DNA from: an uncultured Chloroflexia bacterium
Lineage (GTDB): Bacteria > Chloroflexota > Limnocylindria > Limnocylindrales > CSP1-4
DNA: 64,000 nucleotides
Reading direction: 5' to 3'
NCBI GenBank assembly: GCA_963766735.1
Contig: CAVYBU010000030.1
Span: 32,001 to 96,000, forward strand
The notes under the pieces were generated by a model. It searched no databases. It saw nothing but the letters and a program-made list of their open reading frames with translations, and was not told the origin of the DNA. A program made the translations under genes and the position numbers. Below, piece by piece: positions 52,470 through 61,681 of the stretch (position 1 is its first letter; the number at the start of each line of letters is the position of its first letter).

Positions 52470-53621
52470 TCAGCGCGAGGCGCGCCAGGCGTCCCGGAGC
52501 CGGATCCGCCCGCCCGTCTGGAGAACGGCGCCCGAGTAGACGCGCCCGCCGATCACGAACAGGATCCAGATCGCCACCAGCATGATGGCCACGCTGAGCA
52601 CGGTCTCCCATGCCTCGATCCTGCCCAGGGCGGCACGCATTGGGACGACCATCGGCGCGGACGGCGGCAGGAACGTCATCACCCGCGCCAGGATGCCGTC
52701 CGGCTCCTGGGTCACGAAGACGATCGACAGGAAGTAGGCCAGCGTCGCCACCATGGTCACCGGCAGCGAGGCGTTCGACGCGTCCTCGACGCGGGACGCC
52801 AATGCCCCCAGGAACCCCATCGCGGTCGAGTAGAACGCGAACCCGAGGATGAACCAGCCGAGGAGCTGGATGACTGCCCCGGTGGTGGTGGCAGGCAGGG
52901 TGAGCCTGCCGCTCAGCTGGGCGATGGTGATCCCGGCGAGCACCAGCACCGCCAGCTGAGCCAGCGCCAGGACTCCGATGCCGAGGACCTTGCCCATGAG
53001 CAGGTCCCGCGGATTGACGGTGGCGAGGATGACCTCCACCACCCGGCTCTGCTTCTCCTCGACGACGCCGTTCAGGACCCAGGACCCGTACGAGAAGATG
53101 CCGATGAACATGAGGATGATCCCGATGTTGGCGAAGATGATCGCGGTCATGTCCTCGGCGCTCGGCGGCTCGAGGACCGTCGTGGCCGGCGGCAGCGCGC
53201 CTGCACCGGCACGGAGAGCGATGACGGCCTGGCCGGCGATGCCCTGAAGGGTGGCGCTCGCGGCCTCGAGGACGATCAGCTCACCCGGGCCCGACAGGTC
53301 CGCGGGGACGTCCAGGGCTGCGTCGATCGTCTCGTCCTGCAGGGCGGCCTCGGCCGCAGCTCGGTCCGGCAAGGCCGAGATCACGAGGTCCGCCTCGAAC
53401 GCAGGCGCCAGCGCCTGGAGCGTCGACTCGAGCCCGGCGGGCGTGTTCCCGACCAGGGCAAGCTTGATCGCGTCGGGGCTGCCCAGGAACATCGACGGCA
53501 GGATCACCCCGCCGACGATCAGGACGAGGGTGATCAGCAGCGAGCCGACGTAGCCCTTGCTGCGGCCGCGTTCGATGATCTCGCGCATCGCCACCAGGCG
53601 GACGGAGCGCACCCGGCTCAT
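52470..53621 (-). CDS. ABC transporter permease (NatB/YhaP-like)
   Basis: VVEEKQSRVVEVIL and LLMGKVLG motifs. Confidence 0.9.
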   Translation of the reverse strand: MSRVRSVRLVAMREIIERGRSKGYVGSLLITLVLIVGGVILPSMFLGSPDAIKLALVGNTPAGLESTLQALAPAFEADLVISALPDRAAAEAALQDETIDAALDVPADLSGPGELIVLEAASATLQGIAGQAVIALRAGAGALPPATTVLEPPSAEDMTAIIFANIGIILMFIGIFSYGSWVLNGVVEEKQSRVVEVILATVNPRDLLMGKVLGIGVLALAQLAVLVLAGITIAQLSGRLTLPATTTGAVIQLLGWFILGFAFYSTAMGFLGALASRVEDASNASLPVTMVATLAYFLSIVFVTQEPDGILARVMTFLPPSAPMVVPMRAALGRIEAWETVLSVAIMLVAIWILFVIGGRVYSGAVLQTGGRIRLRDAWRASR

Positions 53622-54535
53622 CGGGCGTCCATCGCGGCAGGTTGCGGCTCGGTCACCGCTTCGAGGAACAGCTCGGACAGCTTCGGCGGCTCGTAGCTGA
53701 ACCGGCGGACCTCACCGGCGGCAATGGCCTGGGCCAGCAGCGCCCCCAGGTCCGCGCCATCGTCTACCAGCAGCTTGAGCCGGTCGCCCTCGCGGCCGAG
53801 GATCGTGTTGCCCGTCGACGCATCCAGCCAGGTCCCTCCGGAGCCCGCGACCTCGACCTCCAGGTGACGGCGACCGGACCTGGCCTTGAGCGCATCGATG
53901 CCGCCGGCTGCCACCACACGGCCGCGGCTGATGATCACAACGTCCTCGCAGACCTCCTCGACCAGGTCGAGCTGGTGCGAGCTGAAGACGACGCCGACGC
54001 CAGCGGCCGCGCGCTCGCGCAGCACCTCGGACATGGTGGCGATGCCCAGGGGGTCCAGCCCCGAGAACGGCTCGTCGAGGACCAGCAGGATCGGGTCGTG
54101 GACGAGCGCGGTCGCCAGCTGGACCCGCTGCTGGTTGCCGTGCGAGAGGTCCTCCAACTTGGACTTCGCTCGATCTGCCAGGCCGAAGCGCTCCAGCCAG
54201 CTGCCGGCGCGGGTCCGGGCGTCCCTGGCCGAGAGGCCATGGTGCTGTGCGAAGTAGCTGAGCTGGTCGCCGACACGCATCCGCGGGTACAGGCCGCGTT
54301 GCTCTGGCATGTAGCCGAAACGGAGACGGGCTCTCGCGTCGATCGCCTTGCCGTCCCACAGGGTCTCGCCCGTGTCGGGCACGGCGAGCCCGAAGACGCA
54401 GCGCATGGCGGTCGTCTTGCCGGCGCCGTTCGGACCCAGGAACCCCACCAGGCGTCCCGGGCTGGCGGCGAACGAGGCGTCGTCGAGGGCGGTGACGGGG
54501 CCGTAGCGCTTGGTGAGGTTGCGGATCTCGAGCAT
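53618..54535 (-). CDS. ABC transporter ATP-binding protein (YhaQ-like)
   Basis: GPNGAGKT, GYMPEQRGLY, LSHGNQQR and LDEPFSGLD motifs. Confidence 0.93.
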   Translation of the reverse strand: MLEIRNLTKRYGPVTALDDASFAASPGRLVGFLGPNGAGKTTAMRCVFGLAVPDTGETLWDGKAIDARARLRFGYMPEQRGLYPRMRVGDQLSYFAQHHGLSARDARTRAGSWLERFGLADRAKSKLEDLSHGNQQRVQLATALVHDPILLVLDEPFSGLDPLGIATMSEVLRERAAAGVGVVFSSHQLDLVEEVCEDVVIISRGRVVAAGGIDALKARSGRRHLEVEVAGSGGTWLDASTGNTILGREGDRLKLLVDDGADLGALLAQAIAAGEVRRFSYEPPKLSELFLEAVTEPQPAAMDAR

Positions 54536-54653
54536 CGGGCTCCCGGGCGCGAGCGGGTGGCGCGTGATCCCAAAACGATACTCCGGCACGCACATCGCGC
54601 GAGAGAGATGCTGCGGACGAGCGTAGGATGGTGCCCTGCCCGGAGGACATCCG

Positions 54654-55487
54654 ATGACCACGCCCGATCCGGCCGATCCCGTCCGCGACGACTCGCCGAC
54701 CACCCCCGTCGACCCGCCGCCGATCCCGCCCGTGACTCCCTCCCAGCCCCCGACCAACGCCTCGCCGCCAGCCGGCGCGGCCCCGTGGGACGTTCCCGCC
54801 CAGACTTCGGCGCCGCCCTCCTGGGCCGCAAGCTCCGGCCCAACCCAGCAGACGCAACCGCAGCCGCCCCCGCATCCGCATCCGCAGTCGCCCCCGCAGA
54901 CGCAGATGCAGCCGCCCCCGCAGACGCAGACGCAGCCGGGTCTCGTGGCCGGCATCGTGCTGGTCGTGATCGGCGTCGTCGTCCTGCTGATCCGCTTGGT
55001 GGACACGACCCTGGGATCGAGCTCGTGGCCGCTCTGGATCATCGTCCCGGGCCTCGTGATGCTCATCGGCTCGCTCGCAATTCCGCCCCGTGGCGGCCTG
55101 GGTCTCGCCATCCCCGGCACGATCCTCGCCATGGTCGGCGGCATCCTCTGGGTCCAGGACGCATACGGCCTGTACGGGACGTGGGCCTACGCGTGGGCGC
55201 TCGTCGCCCCGACGGCACCCGGCCTCGCGATGCTCGTCTACGGCCTCGCCCGGGGCGACCGCGATCTGGCCGCCGACGGCTTCCGGACCACGCTCGTGGG
55301 CCTTGGCCTGTTCCTCGGGTTCGGGTTGTTCTTCGAGGGCGTGGTCGGCATCTCGGGGCACCGGATCGCGAACCTCGATGAGGTGCTCCCGTACGTCGTG
55401 ATCGGCTTCGGGGCGCTGCTCGTGGTGGCCTCGCTGTTCACCGGCCGGCGCAACCGCCGCGATCCGGGCGGCACCGGCGGCGCCTGA
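54654..55487 (+). CDS. Membrane protein with Pro/Gln-rich N-terminus (LiaF/LiaI-like TM region)
   Basis: P/Q repeat, then about 6 TM helices (GIVLVVIGVVVLL...WPLWIIVPG); TAGGAT -10 and GGAGG RBS. Confidence 0.75.
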   Translation: MTTPDPADPVRDDSPTTPVDPPPIPPVTPSQPPTNASPPAGAAPWDVPAQTSAPPSWAASSGPTQQTQPQPPPHPHPQSPPQTQMQPPPQTQTQPGLVAGIVLVVIGVVVLLIRLVDTTLGSSSWPLWIIVPGLVMLIGSLAIPPRGGLGLAIPGTILAMVGGILWVQDAYGLYGTWAYAWALVAPTAPGLAMLVYGLARGDRDLAADGFRTTLVGLGLFLGFGLFFEGVVGISGHRIANLDEVLPYVVIGFGALLVVASLFTGRRNRRDPGGTGGA

Positions 55488-55490
55488 TCG

Positions 55491-56708
55491 CTACTCGAGC
55501 TCCAGGATCTCGTACCGGATCTCGCCGCCCGGGGTCACGATCGTCACGGCGTCCCCGACGCGCCGGCCCATCAGGGCCGCGCCGACCGGCGAGATGCTCG
55601 AGATCCGTCCCTCGCGGGAGTTCGCCTCCGCGGAGCTGACGACCTGCATGACGGACTCGTCACCATCCACCTCCACGCGGACGCGCGACCCGAGCCCGAC
55701 CACGGCACCGCGCTCTGCAGGCGCGACGACGACCGCGATCTTGAGCTTGGCCTCGAGCGCCTTGATGCGTCCTTCCAGGAACCCCTGTTCCTCGCGGGCC
55801 GCGTGGTACTCCGCGTTCTCCTTGAGATCTCCGTGCTCGCGCGCGGTGGCGATCCGCTTGATCACGCCCGGCCGTTGTGCATGCAGCTCAGCCAGCTCCG
55901 CCTCGAGCCTCTCCATGCCCTCCGGCGACAGGATGATCGGCTCGTGGACCTTCCGGGGCGACCCCTGGGCGGCATAGGCGGCGGCCGAGGCGATCCGGCC
56001 GGTGCCTCTGCCGGGCGCCGGACGGCGGCCGCGCTTCGCCTCGTCGCGGGCGCCATCGGCCTCGGCGGGCGGCAGGTCCACGATCCGGGTGACGGGCGGC
56101 GGCTCCGGGACCTTGGCCTCCGGGATCAGCGCGTTGGTGATGCCCGTCTCCTTGCGGGCACCCGTCTCTGCCCGCAGCACTCCCCAGGGCAGCACCGGGT
56201 CGGGTGCGTGCAGCGCAGCACGCTCGGCCGCAGGCACCCAGGCGGCGAAGGCATCCAGCAGCCCGTCCTCGTACTCCTCGGGCGCATCGGTCGCGGCCCA
56301 CCAGATCCGCAGGTCACCGAGGTTCCGCAGGAAGTGGAGCCACAGCCCGGACCACGCGGGCTTCCGGTCGCCCGGGACGGTCTTGATGATGCCGGCGATC
56401 CGCCCGGACACCGATCCGGTCGAGGACCCGATGAAGATCACCTGCTGGGACGGCAGCCAGAACCGGTTCAGGCGCAGCTGGAGGTCCCGCGATACCGGTC
56501 GCTCGCCATCCAGCCGGAGGTCCGGCACCCGCTCCAGCCACTTGCCGATCAGCGAGAGGTCCAGCGGCGGCGACGGCAGGGGGGCCTTGAGCTCCACCAC
56601 GAACACGCCGGGCGCCTGGTGCCGGACCTGGCGGCCCCACTGAGCTGGGCCGTCGGCCATCAGGCCGACCTCTCGGAGGAGGGCGGGGGCGCTGCGGTCA
56701 TCGGGCAT
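55491..56708 (-). CDS. greA: Transcription elongation factor GreA fused to an N-terminal GIY-YIG-like domain
   Basis: C-terminal GreA (HGDLKENAEYHAA, ISSISPVGAALMG) preceded in frame by about 250 aa (PGVFVV...VIFIGS...R...E..LLDAF). Confidence 0.85.
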   Translation of the reverse strand: MPDDRSAPALLREVGLMADGPAQWGRQVRHQAPGVFVVELKAPLPSPPLDLSLIGKWLERVPDLRLDGERPVSRDLQLRLNRFWLPSQQVIFIGSSTGSVSGRIAGIIKTVPGDRKPAWSGLWLHFLRNLGDLRIWWAATDAPEEYEDGLLDAFAAWVPAAERAALHAPDPVLPWGVLRAETGARKETGITNALIPEAKVPEPPPVTRIVDLPPAEADGARDEAKRGRRPAPGRGTGRIASAAAYAAQGSPRKVHEPIILSPEGMERLEAELAELHAQRPGVIKRIATAREHGDLKENAEYHAAREEQGFLEGRIKALEAKLKIAVVVAPAERGAVVGLGSRVRVEVDGDESVMQVVSSAEANSREGRISSISPVGAALMGRRVGDAVTIVTPGGEIRYEILELE

Positions 56709-56790
56709 CGGGTGTTCACACGCTCGTGGTGGGGGGCGGTCCGGCCGGGCGACGGCCGTCGCGAGCCGGGGGGCGTATCGTCGCACCATC

Positions 56791-58290
56791 ATGCCGAACA
56801 CACCGCAAGAGCGCGAGCCGGACCCCACGGGGGCCCCGGTCGGGCGACGACGCTGGCCACGGCTCGCCGTCGTCGGCCTGGTGGCGGTGTTTGCGTTCAC
56901 CGTGGCCGTCGCGGGAGGCGGGATCGCGGGCGGAGGGCCCGGCGCGCCGGCCGACGCGGCTCCATCCGCTGCCACCTCTCCGCTCCCCATCGATACTGCC
57001 TCGCCCCCGGTCGCACCGGCCGGACCAACTGCGCCGCCCCCGACCTCGCCTCCGTCCGCCACGCCGGCACCGACCGCCGGGGCGTCGGCCTCTCCCGCCC
57101 CAGGACCAGCCCAGGTCGCGGACGCGCTTGCAGCACGGCTGGACGCCCGTCTGGCGCAGCTCCGCAAGAGCTCGGCCATCCCCGGGGTCTCGGTCGCGAT
57201 CGCCTGGGATGACGGGCGCCTCTGGCTCGGTGCCGCCGGCATGGCTGACATCGCGGCCAAGGAGCCGGTGACGATCGACACGGCCTTCGCGCTGGCCTCG
57301 GTGTCCAAGACCCTGACCGCCGCAGTGGTGCTGCAGCTGGTGGGGGAGGGCTACCTGGCGCTCGACCAGCCGGTGGCATCACTCCTGCCGGCGTACGAGC
57401 TGGATCCACGGATCACCGTCCGGATGCTGCTCGACCACACCAGTGGCCTGCCGGACTACTTCCTGAACCCGAAGATCGAGAAGCCGCTGCGGGCCGAGCC
57501 AGACGACGCCTGGACGCCGGAACGAGCGTGGACCTACGTCCGTACCAAGCGCCCCGTCCCGGGAACGGTGTGGAGCTACTCCAACACGAACTACATGCTG
57601 TTGGGCGAGGTTGTGGAGGCCGTGACCGGGAGGACGATCGCGCTCGAGGTGCGGACCCGCCTGCTGGATCCGTTGGGACTGCAGAGCTCGTGGTACCAGG
57701 TCGTGGAGGAGTCGCGGGCGGAGGGCGCGACGGGATACCGGCGCGTGGCGAAGGACGGCGGCGGCTCCCGGTACGTCCGGGTGGCCCCGCCGAGCGACGT
57801 CATGCCGTTCCGGTCCGTGGTGACGGCGGCGGGCGGAGCGGGCTCGATCGCGGCGACCGCCGTGGACGCTGCTCGCTGGATGGGCGCCTTCGCCCGGGGC
57901 GAGGTCCTGCCTGCCGCCGTCCAGGCGGCGATGGTGGCGGACGCGGAGCTGACGCAGGCGATGGCGGCGGGCGTCGGATACGGGCTGGGGATCAGGGTCT
58001 TGTCGCTCGACGGCCGCCGCGCGCTGGGACACTCGGGCCGGTTCCTGGGGTTCAGGAGCGTGGTGGCGTACGTGCCTGAGGCGGGTGTCTCGATCGCGGT
58101 CCTGACCAACCAGGGCAGCTACGACCCGGCGAAGATCGCCACCAGGCTCCTGAAGGTCGCGGCGCCCCGCGCGGACATCACGCCGCCCCCGCCCTTCACG
58201 CCCTCGCCGTCGTCGTCGGCAGGACCGGGTGCATCGGCGCCCGCATCTGCATCGCCGTCCGGCTCCTTCTCACCCGCCTCGCCGGGCTAG
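56791..58290 (+). CDS. Serine hydrolase (class C beta-lactamase/D-Ala-D-Ala carboxypeptidase-like)
   Basis: SVSK (SxxK), LLDHTSG, YSN and HSG motifs; N-terminal TM and Pro-rich linker. Confidence 0.9.
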   Translation: MPNTPQEREPDPTGAPVGRRRWPRLAVVGLVAVFAFTVAVAGGGIAGGGPGAPADAAPSAATSPLPIDTASPPVAPAGPTAPPPTSPPSATPAPTAGASASPAPGPAQVADALAARLDARLAQLRKSSAIPGVSVAIAWDDGRLWLGAAGMADIAAKEPVTIDTAFALASVSKTLTAAVVLQLVGEGYLALDQPVASLLPAYELDPRITVRMLLDHTSGLPDYFLNPKIEKPLRAEPDDAWTPERAWTYVRTKRPVPGTVWSYSNTNYMLLGEVVEAVTGRTIALEVRTRLLDPLGLQSSWYQVVEESRAEGATGYRRVAKDGGGSRYVRVAPPSDVMPFRSVVTAAGGAGSIAATAVDAARWMGAFARGEVLPAAVQAAMVADAELTQAMAAGVGYGLGIRVLSLDGRRALGHSGRFLGFRSVVAYVPEAGVSIAVLTNQGSYDPAKIATRLLKVAAPRADITPPPPFTPSPSSSAGPGASAPASASPSGSFSPASPG

Positions 58291-58417
58291 TCCCCCAGGA
58301 CCCGGCCTTCTTCGAGGGATTCGACCCGCCAGGACCGTCGAGGGCGACCGCCTGCGAAGGAGCGCCCCTGCCAGCTTGCCAGGCTTCCGGCCGGCAACCG
58401 GCACGGCAGATGCCGGC

Positions 58418-59680
58418 CTAGGAGCGGCGCCGGCCACCGCCCGAGCTGGAGCCGGCTGGGCGACCTCGCCCGCCGCCACCGGACGACGAGCCGCCGGTCC
58501 CGCGCGGCGCGCGCAGCGGTTGCGCCTCCGCGTCACGACGCGGCACGAAGCCGTCGGCGACCTCCCAGGGGATCGCGGTCTGGAGCAGGCGCTGCACGCC
58601 GCGCAGCAGGTCCGCCTCGTCGATCGTGACCAGGCTGATCGCGTCGCCCGTGGCCCCGGCCCGGCCCGTGCGGCCGATGCGATGCACGTAGTCCTCCGGG
58701 TTCCACGGCAGCTCGTAGTTCACGACGTGGGGGAGGTCCTCGATATCCAGCCCGCGAGCGGCGACGTCCGTCGCGACCAGGACCCGGATCTCACCCGCCT
58801 TGAACGCCTCGAGCGCCTTCGTCCGGTCGGACTGCGCGCGGTCGGAGTGGATGGCCGTGGCAGGGACGCCATGGCGGTCGAGCCACGAGGCCAGGCGAGA
58901 GGCGGCCAGCTTCGTGCGGGTGAAGACAAGCACCTGGCGCCAGTCGCCCTCGATGATCAGGTGGGCGAGCAGCTCCTCCTTGCGGTCGCGGTCGACCGGG
59001 TAGACCAGCTGGCGGACGGCCTCGGCGGCGGTTCCGTGGCGGGAGACCTCGATGGTCTCGGGGTTCGTGAGGATCGAGCCCGCGAGGCGCTTGATCTCGT
59101 CCGAGAACGTGGCCGAGAACAGCAGGTTCTGCTTGCGGTTGGGCAGCAGGTCCAGGATCCGGCGGATGTCGGGCATGAACCCCATGTCCAGCATCCGGTC
59201 CCCCTCGTCCAGCACGAGGATCTCGACCTGGGTCAGGTTCGCGGCGCGCTGGCCGACCAGGTCCAGGAGGCGGCCCGGCGTGGCAACGAGGATCTCGATG
59301 CCCGCGAGCAGCTCCTTGATCTGCGGGTCGAGCGGGACTCCGCCGTACACCACGGAGGCGCGGAGCGGGATCTTGCGGCCATAGGTCCTGATGGCCTCGG
59401 AGACCTGGACGGCCAGCTCCCGCGTGGGCGTCAGGACGAGACAGCGGACGGGGTGACGCGCGGGCGAGAACGACGTGTTCGCGTACGGGCGAAGGCGGTC
59501 GAGGATCGGCAGCGTGAACGCGGCCGTCTTGCCGGTGCCGGTCTGGGCGGCGGCGAGGACGTCCCTCCCGGCCAGGATCAGGGGGATCGCCCGTTCCTGG
59601 ACGGGCGTCGGCTCCTCGTAGCCTTCCTCGGTCACGGTCTGAAGGAGGTCGGCTGAGAGCCCCAGCTCTTCGAAGCGCAA
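58418..59680 (-). CDS. DEAD-box RNA helicase (RhlE-like)
   Basis: Q motif, AQTGTGKT, PTRELA, DEGD, SAT and HRIGRTGR; TTG start after GGAG. Confidence 0.94.
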   Translation of the reverse strand: MRFEELGLSADLLQTVTEEGYEEPTPVQERAIPLILAGRDVLAAAQTGTGKTAAFTLPILDRLRPYANTSFSPARHPVRCLVLTPTRELAVQVSEAIRTYGRKIPLRASVVYGGVPLDPQIKELLAGIEILVATPGRLLDLVGQRAANLTQVEILVLDEGDRMLDMGFMPDIRRILDLLPNRKQNLLFSATFSDEIKRLAGSILTNPETIEVSRHGTAAEAVRQLVYPVDRDRKEELLAHLIIEGDWRQVLVFTRTKLAASRLASWLDRHGVPATAIHSDRAQSDRTKALEAFKAGEIRVLVATDVAARGLDIEDLPHVVNYELPWNPEDYVHRIGRTGRAGATGDAISLVTIDEADLLRGVQRLLQTAIPWEVADGFVPRRDAEAQPLRAPRGTGGSSSGGGGRGRPAGSSSGGGRRRS

Positions 59681-59829
59681 GGTGTTTCGTCTTCTCCGGT
59701 ATCGGCCGCTGGGCGGCGGCCGGCGTCTGCGATGGCCCGGCGCGGCGCCCGCGTGGTGCGCATGAGGCACCGGTGCGCGAGGGCGGCGGCGACCGCCGGA
59801 CTGTGGGGAGCATACTCGACAATGGGCGC

Positions 59830-60330
59830 ATGAGCGCACGGGGCACGCGGGCGATCGATGTTGTACGGCGCGCGGGCGCCGCGCATACGGTGCATGAATA
59901 TGCGCACGACGCACGGTCGGCGCGACACGAGGGCGGGTCCGGGTATGCGCTCGAGGCGGTCGAGGCCCTGGGGATCGAGGCCGCGCGGGTGTTCAAGACG
60001 ATCGTCGTGAGCGTGGACGGACGCCCGGGCCTGGCGATCGTGCCGGCCGACGCCGAGGTCGATCTCAAGGCGGTGGCGTCCGCGCTCGGCGGGCGCCGTG
60101 CGGTCATCGCGCCGCCGGCCGACGCCGAGAAGGTGACGGGCTACGTTCTCGGTGGCATCAGCCCGCTCGGGACCCGGCGCCCGCTGCCGACGGTCCTGGA
60201 CGCCAGTGCGGCTGGTTTCCCCACGATCCACGTTTCGGCCGGACGGCGCGGGCTGGAGATCGAGCTGGCCGCCTCGGACCTGGTCGCGCTGGCCAGGGGT
60301 TCCATGGCACCGATCGCGAGGCGGGGCTGA
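59830..60330 (+). CDS. ybaK: Cys-tRNA(Pro) deacylase
   Basis: VFKTIV, TGYVLGGISPLG and SAGRRG motifs. Confidence 0.93.
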   Translation: MSARGTRAIDVVRRAGAAHTVHEYAHDARSARHEGGSGYALEAVEALGIEAARVFKTIVVSVDGRPGLAIVPADAEVDLKAVASALGGRRAVIAPPADAEKVTGYVLGGISPLGTRRPLPTVLDASAAGFPTIHVSAGRRGLEIELAASDLVALARGSMAPIARRG

Positions 60331-60482
60331 TCGGGCGTCATGGCGCACCGGAGCAGGTGGTGCTGCGGGCGGGCTCCGATAGGCCGGTCCCGCCCGCGGC
60401 GCGCCCCGTGACGCCGGACGAGATTCGTCGACCTGGACTTTTCGGGCCGTTCGGCCCTCGGTGCGCCCCCGCCGCCCTCTGA

Positions 60483-60742
60483 CATACTCCGCGGGACCCA
60501 ACGGGGTCGGAAACGTCCGAACGCAGACAGGCCGACAACCGAAGAGCCGTCCCCCGGCAGGCACCCTGTCGCTCTCAGGTGGGCCGCCACGCTGCACCGG
60601 ACCCCCGGCGGTCCCCCGGTCCGCCGTGCGGACGAACGTGCCGCGCCCGCCCCTCGCCACCCATGTCCAGCCGCCGACGGCCACAACTCCAACCGTCGTC
60701 CCGCCCCAGGCGTGGCGTTCTGGCCGAAGGGAGGCAAGAGGA
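60483..60742 (+). promoter_or_regulatory. Candidate structured 5' leader (possible cis-regulatory RNA)
   Basis: CATACT -10-like box followed by about 250 nt with several hairpins; no confident Rfam identity. Confidence 0.3.
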
Positions 60743-61588
60743 TTGCTGCACACCCACCAAGGCGCCCAGAGGGCGTCCTCCAGGAGGATCCGGTCGCTGC
60801 TGACCGGCATCCTCGCCGCACTCGTCATCGTGACCGCCTCGACCGCGGGAGCCCCTGAGGCTCGCGCAGCGACCGCCAAGGTCGTGATCGTCGTCGGTCC
60901 GGTCGGCAGCAGCACCGCCAGCTACAAGCGCAGCGCCCGCTCATTGGCAAGCCTCGCCCGCGGCTACGGCGCGTCGGTGACCGAGGTCTACTCCCCGTAC
61001 GCCACGTGGTCGAAGGTGTCCGCGGCCGCCAAGGGCGCGAACCTCCTGATCTACCTGGGTCACGGCAACGGCTGGCCCAGCCCGTACGGGCCGTTCGCCA
61101 GGAAGTCCAAGGACGGCATGGGCCTGAACTCGACGTCGGGCAACGGCAACCGCAACAGGAAGTATTACGGCGAGTACTACATGGCGCGTCTCGGTCTTGC
61201 GCCCAACGCCGTGGTCGTCCTCAATCGTCTGTGCTACGCATCGGGCAACTCCGAGTGGGGCGCTGCCAACCCCTCGAAGTCCACGGCCATCAAGCGGGTG
61301 GACAACTACGGCGCCGGGTTCCTGCGTGGGGGCGCCAAGGCGGTGTTCGCCAGCGGCATCACGAGCGTGTCGTACGTGGTGAAGGGCCTGTTCCGCGGCT
61401 CCGCCTCGATGACGATGTCGCAGCTGTTCTGGAAAGACCCCAGCCGGACCGGCCGGTACAAGTTCTCGTTCGCCTCGACGCGCACGCCAGGGGCAACGGC
61501 TCGGATGGACCCGTACGCGCGCAGCCGCTACTACCGCTCGGTGATCGGCAGGCTGAGCACCACGGTGGGAGAGTGGCGCGGGGGCTGA
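60743..61588 (+). CDS. Secreted basic hypothetical protein with a possible clan CD (caspase/gingipain-like) His-Cys dyad
   Basis: Signal peptide; LIYLGHG...VVVLNRLCYASG; TTG start after GGGAGG/GAGGA. Confidence 0.65.
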   Translation: MLHTHQGAQRASSRRIRSLLTGILAALVIVTASTAGAPEARAATAKVVIVVGPVGSSTASYKRSARSLASLARGYGASVTEVYSPYATWSKVSAAAKGANLLIYLGHGNGWPSPYGPFARKSKDGMGLNSTSGNGNRNRKYYGEYYMARLGLAPNAVVVLNRLCYASGNSEWGAANPSKSTAIKRVDNYGAGFLRGGAKAVFASGITSVSYVVKGLFRGSASMTMSQLFWKDPSRTGRYKFSFASTRTPGATARMDPYARSRYYRSVIGRLSTTVGEWRGG

Positions 61589-61613
61589 CCCGAAGCTGCT
61601 CGCAGACACGCGG

Positions 61614-61642
61614 ACGGCGCCGGTCGGATCGACCGGCGCCGT
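61614..61642. terminator. Probable bidirectional terminator hairpin
   Basis: Perfect 13-bp stem acggcgccggtcg/cgaccggcgccgt between convergent genes. Confidence 0.7.
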
Positions 61643-61681
61643 TCAGGTTCGAGGCGGTGTGGCCCGGGCCCGAGGTGTCCC

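Noticed and set aside
56791-58290. Antibiotic-resistance beta-lactamase
   Set aside because: The motifs are shared by many housekeeping peptidases and esterases; no mobile context.
60500-60600. Glycine or c-di-GMP riboswitch assignment
   Set aside because: Only short partial motif matches; kept as an unassigned candidate leader.
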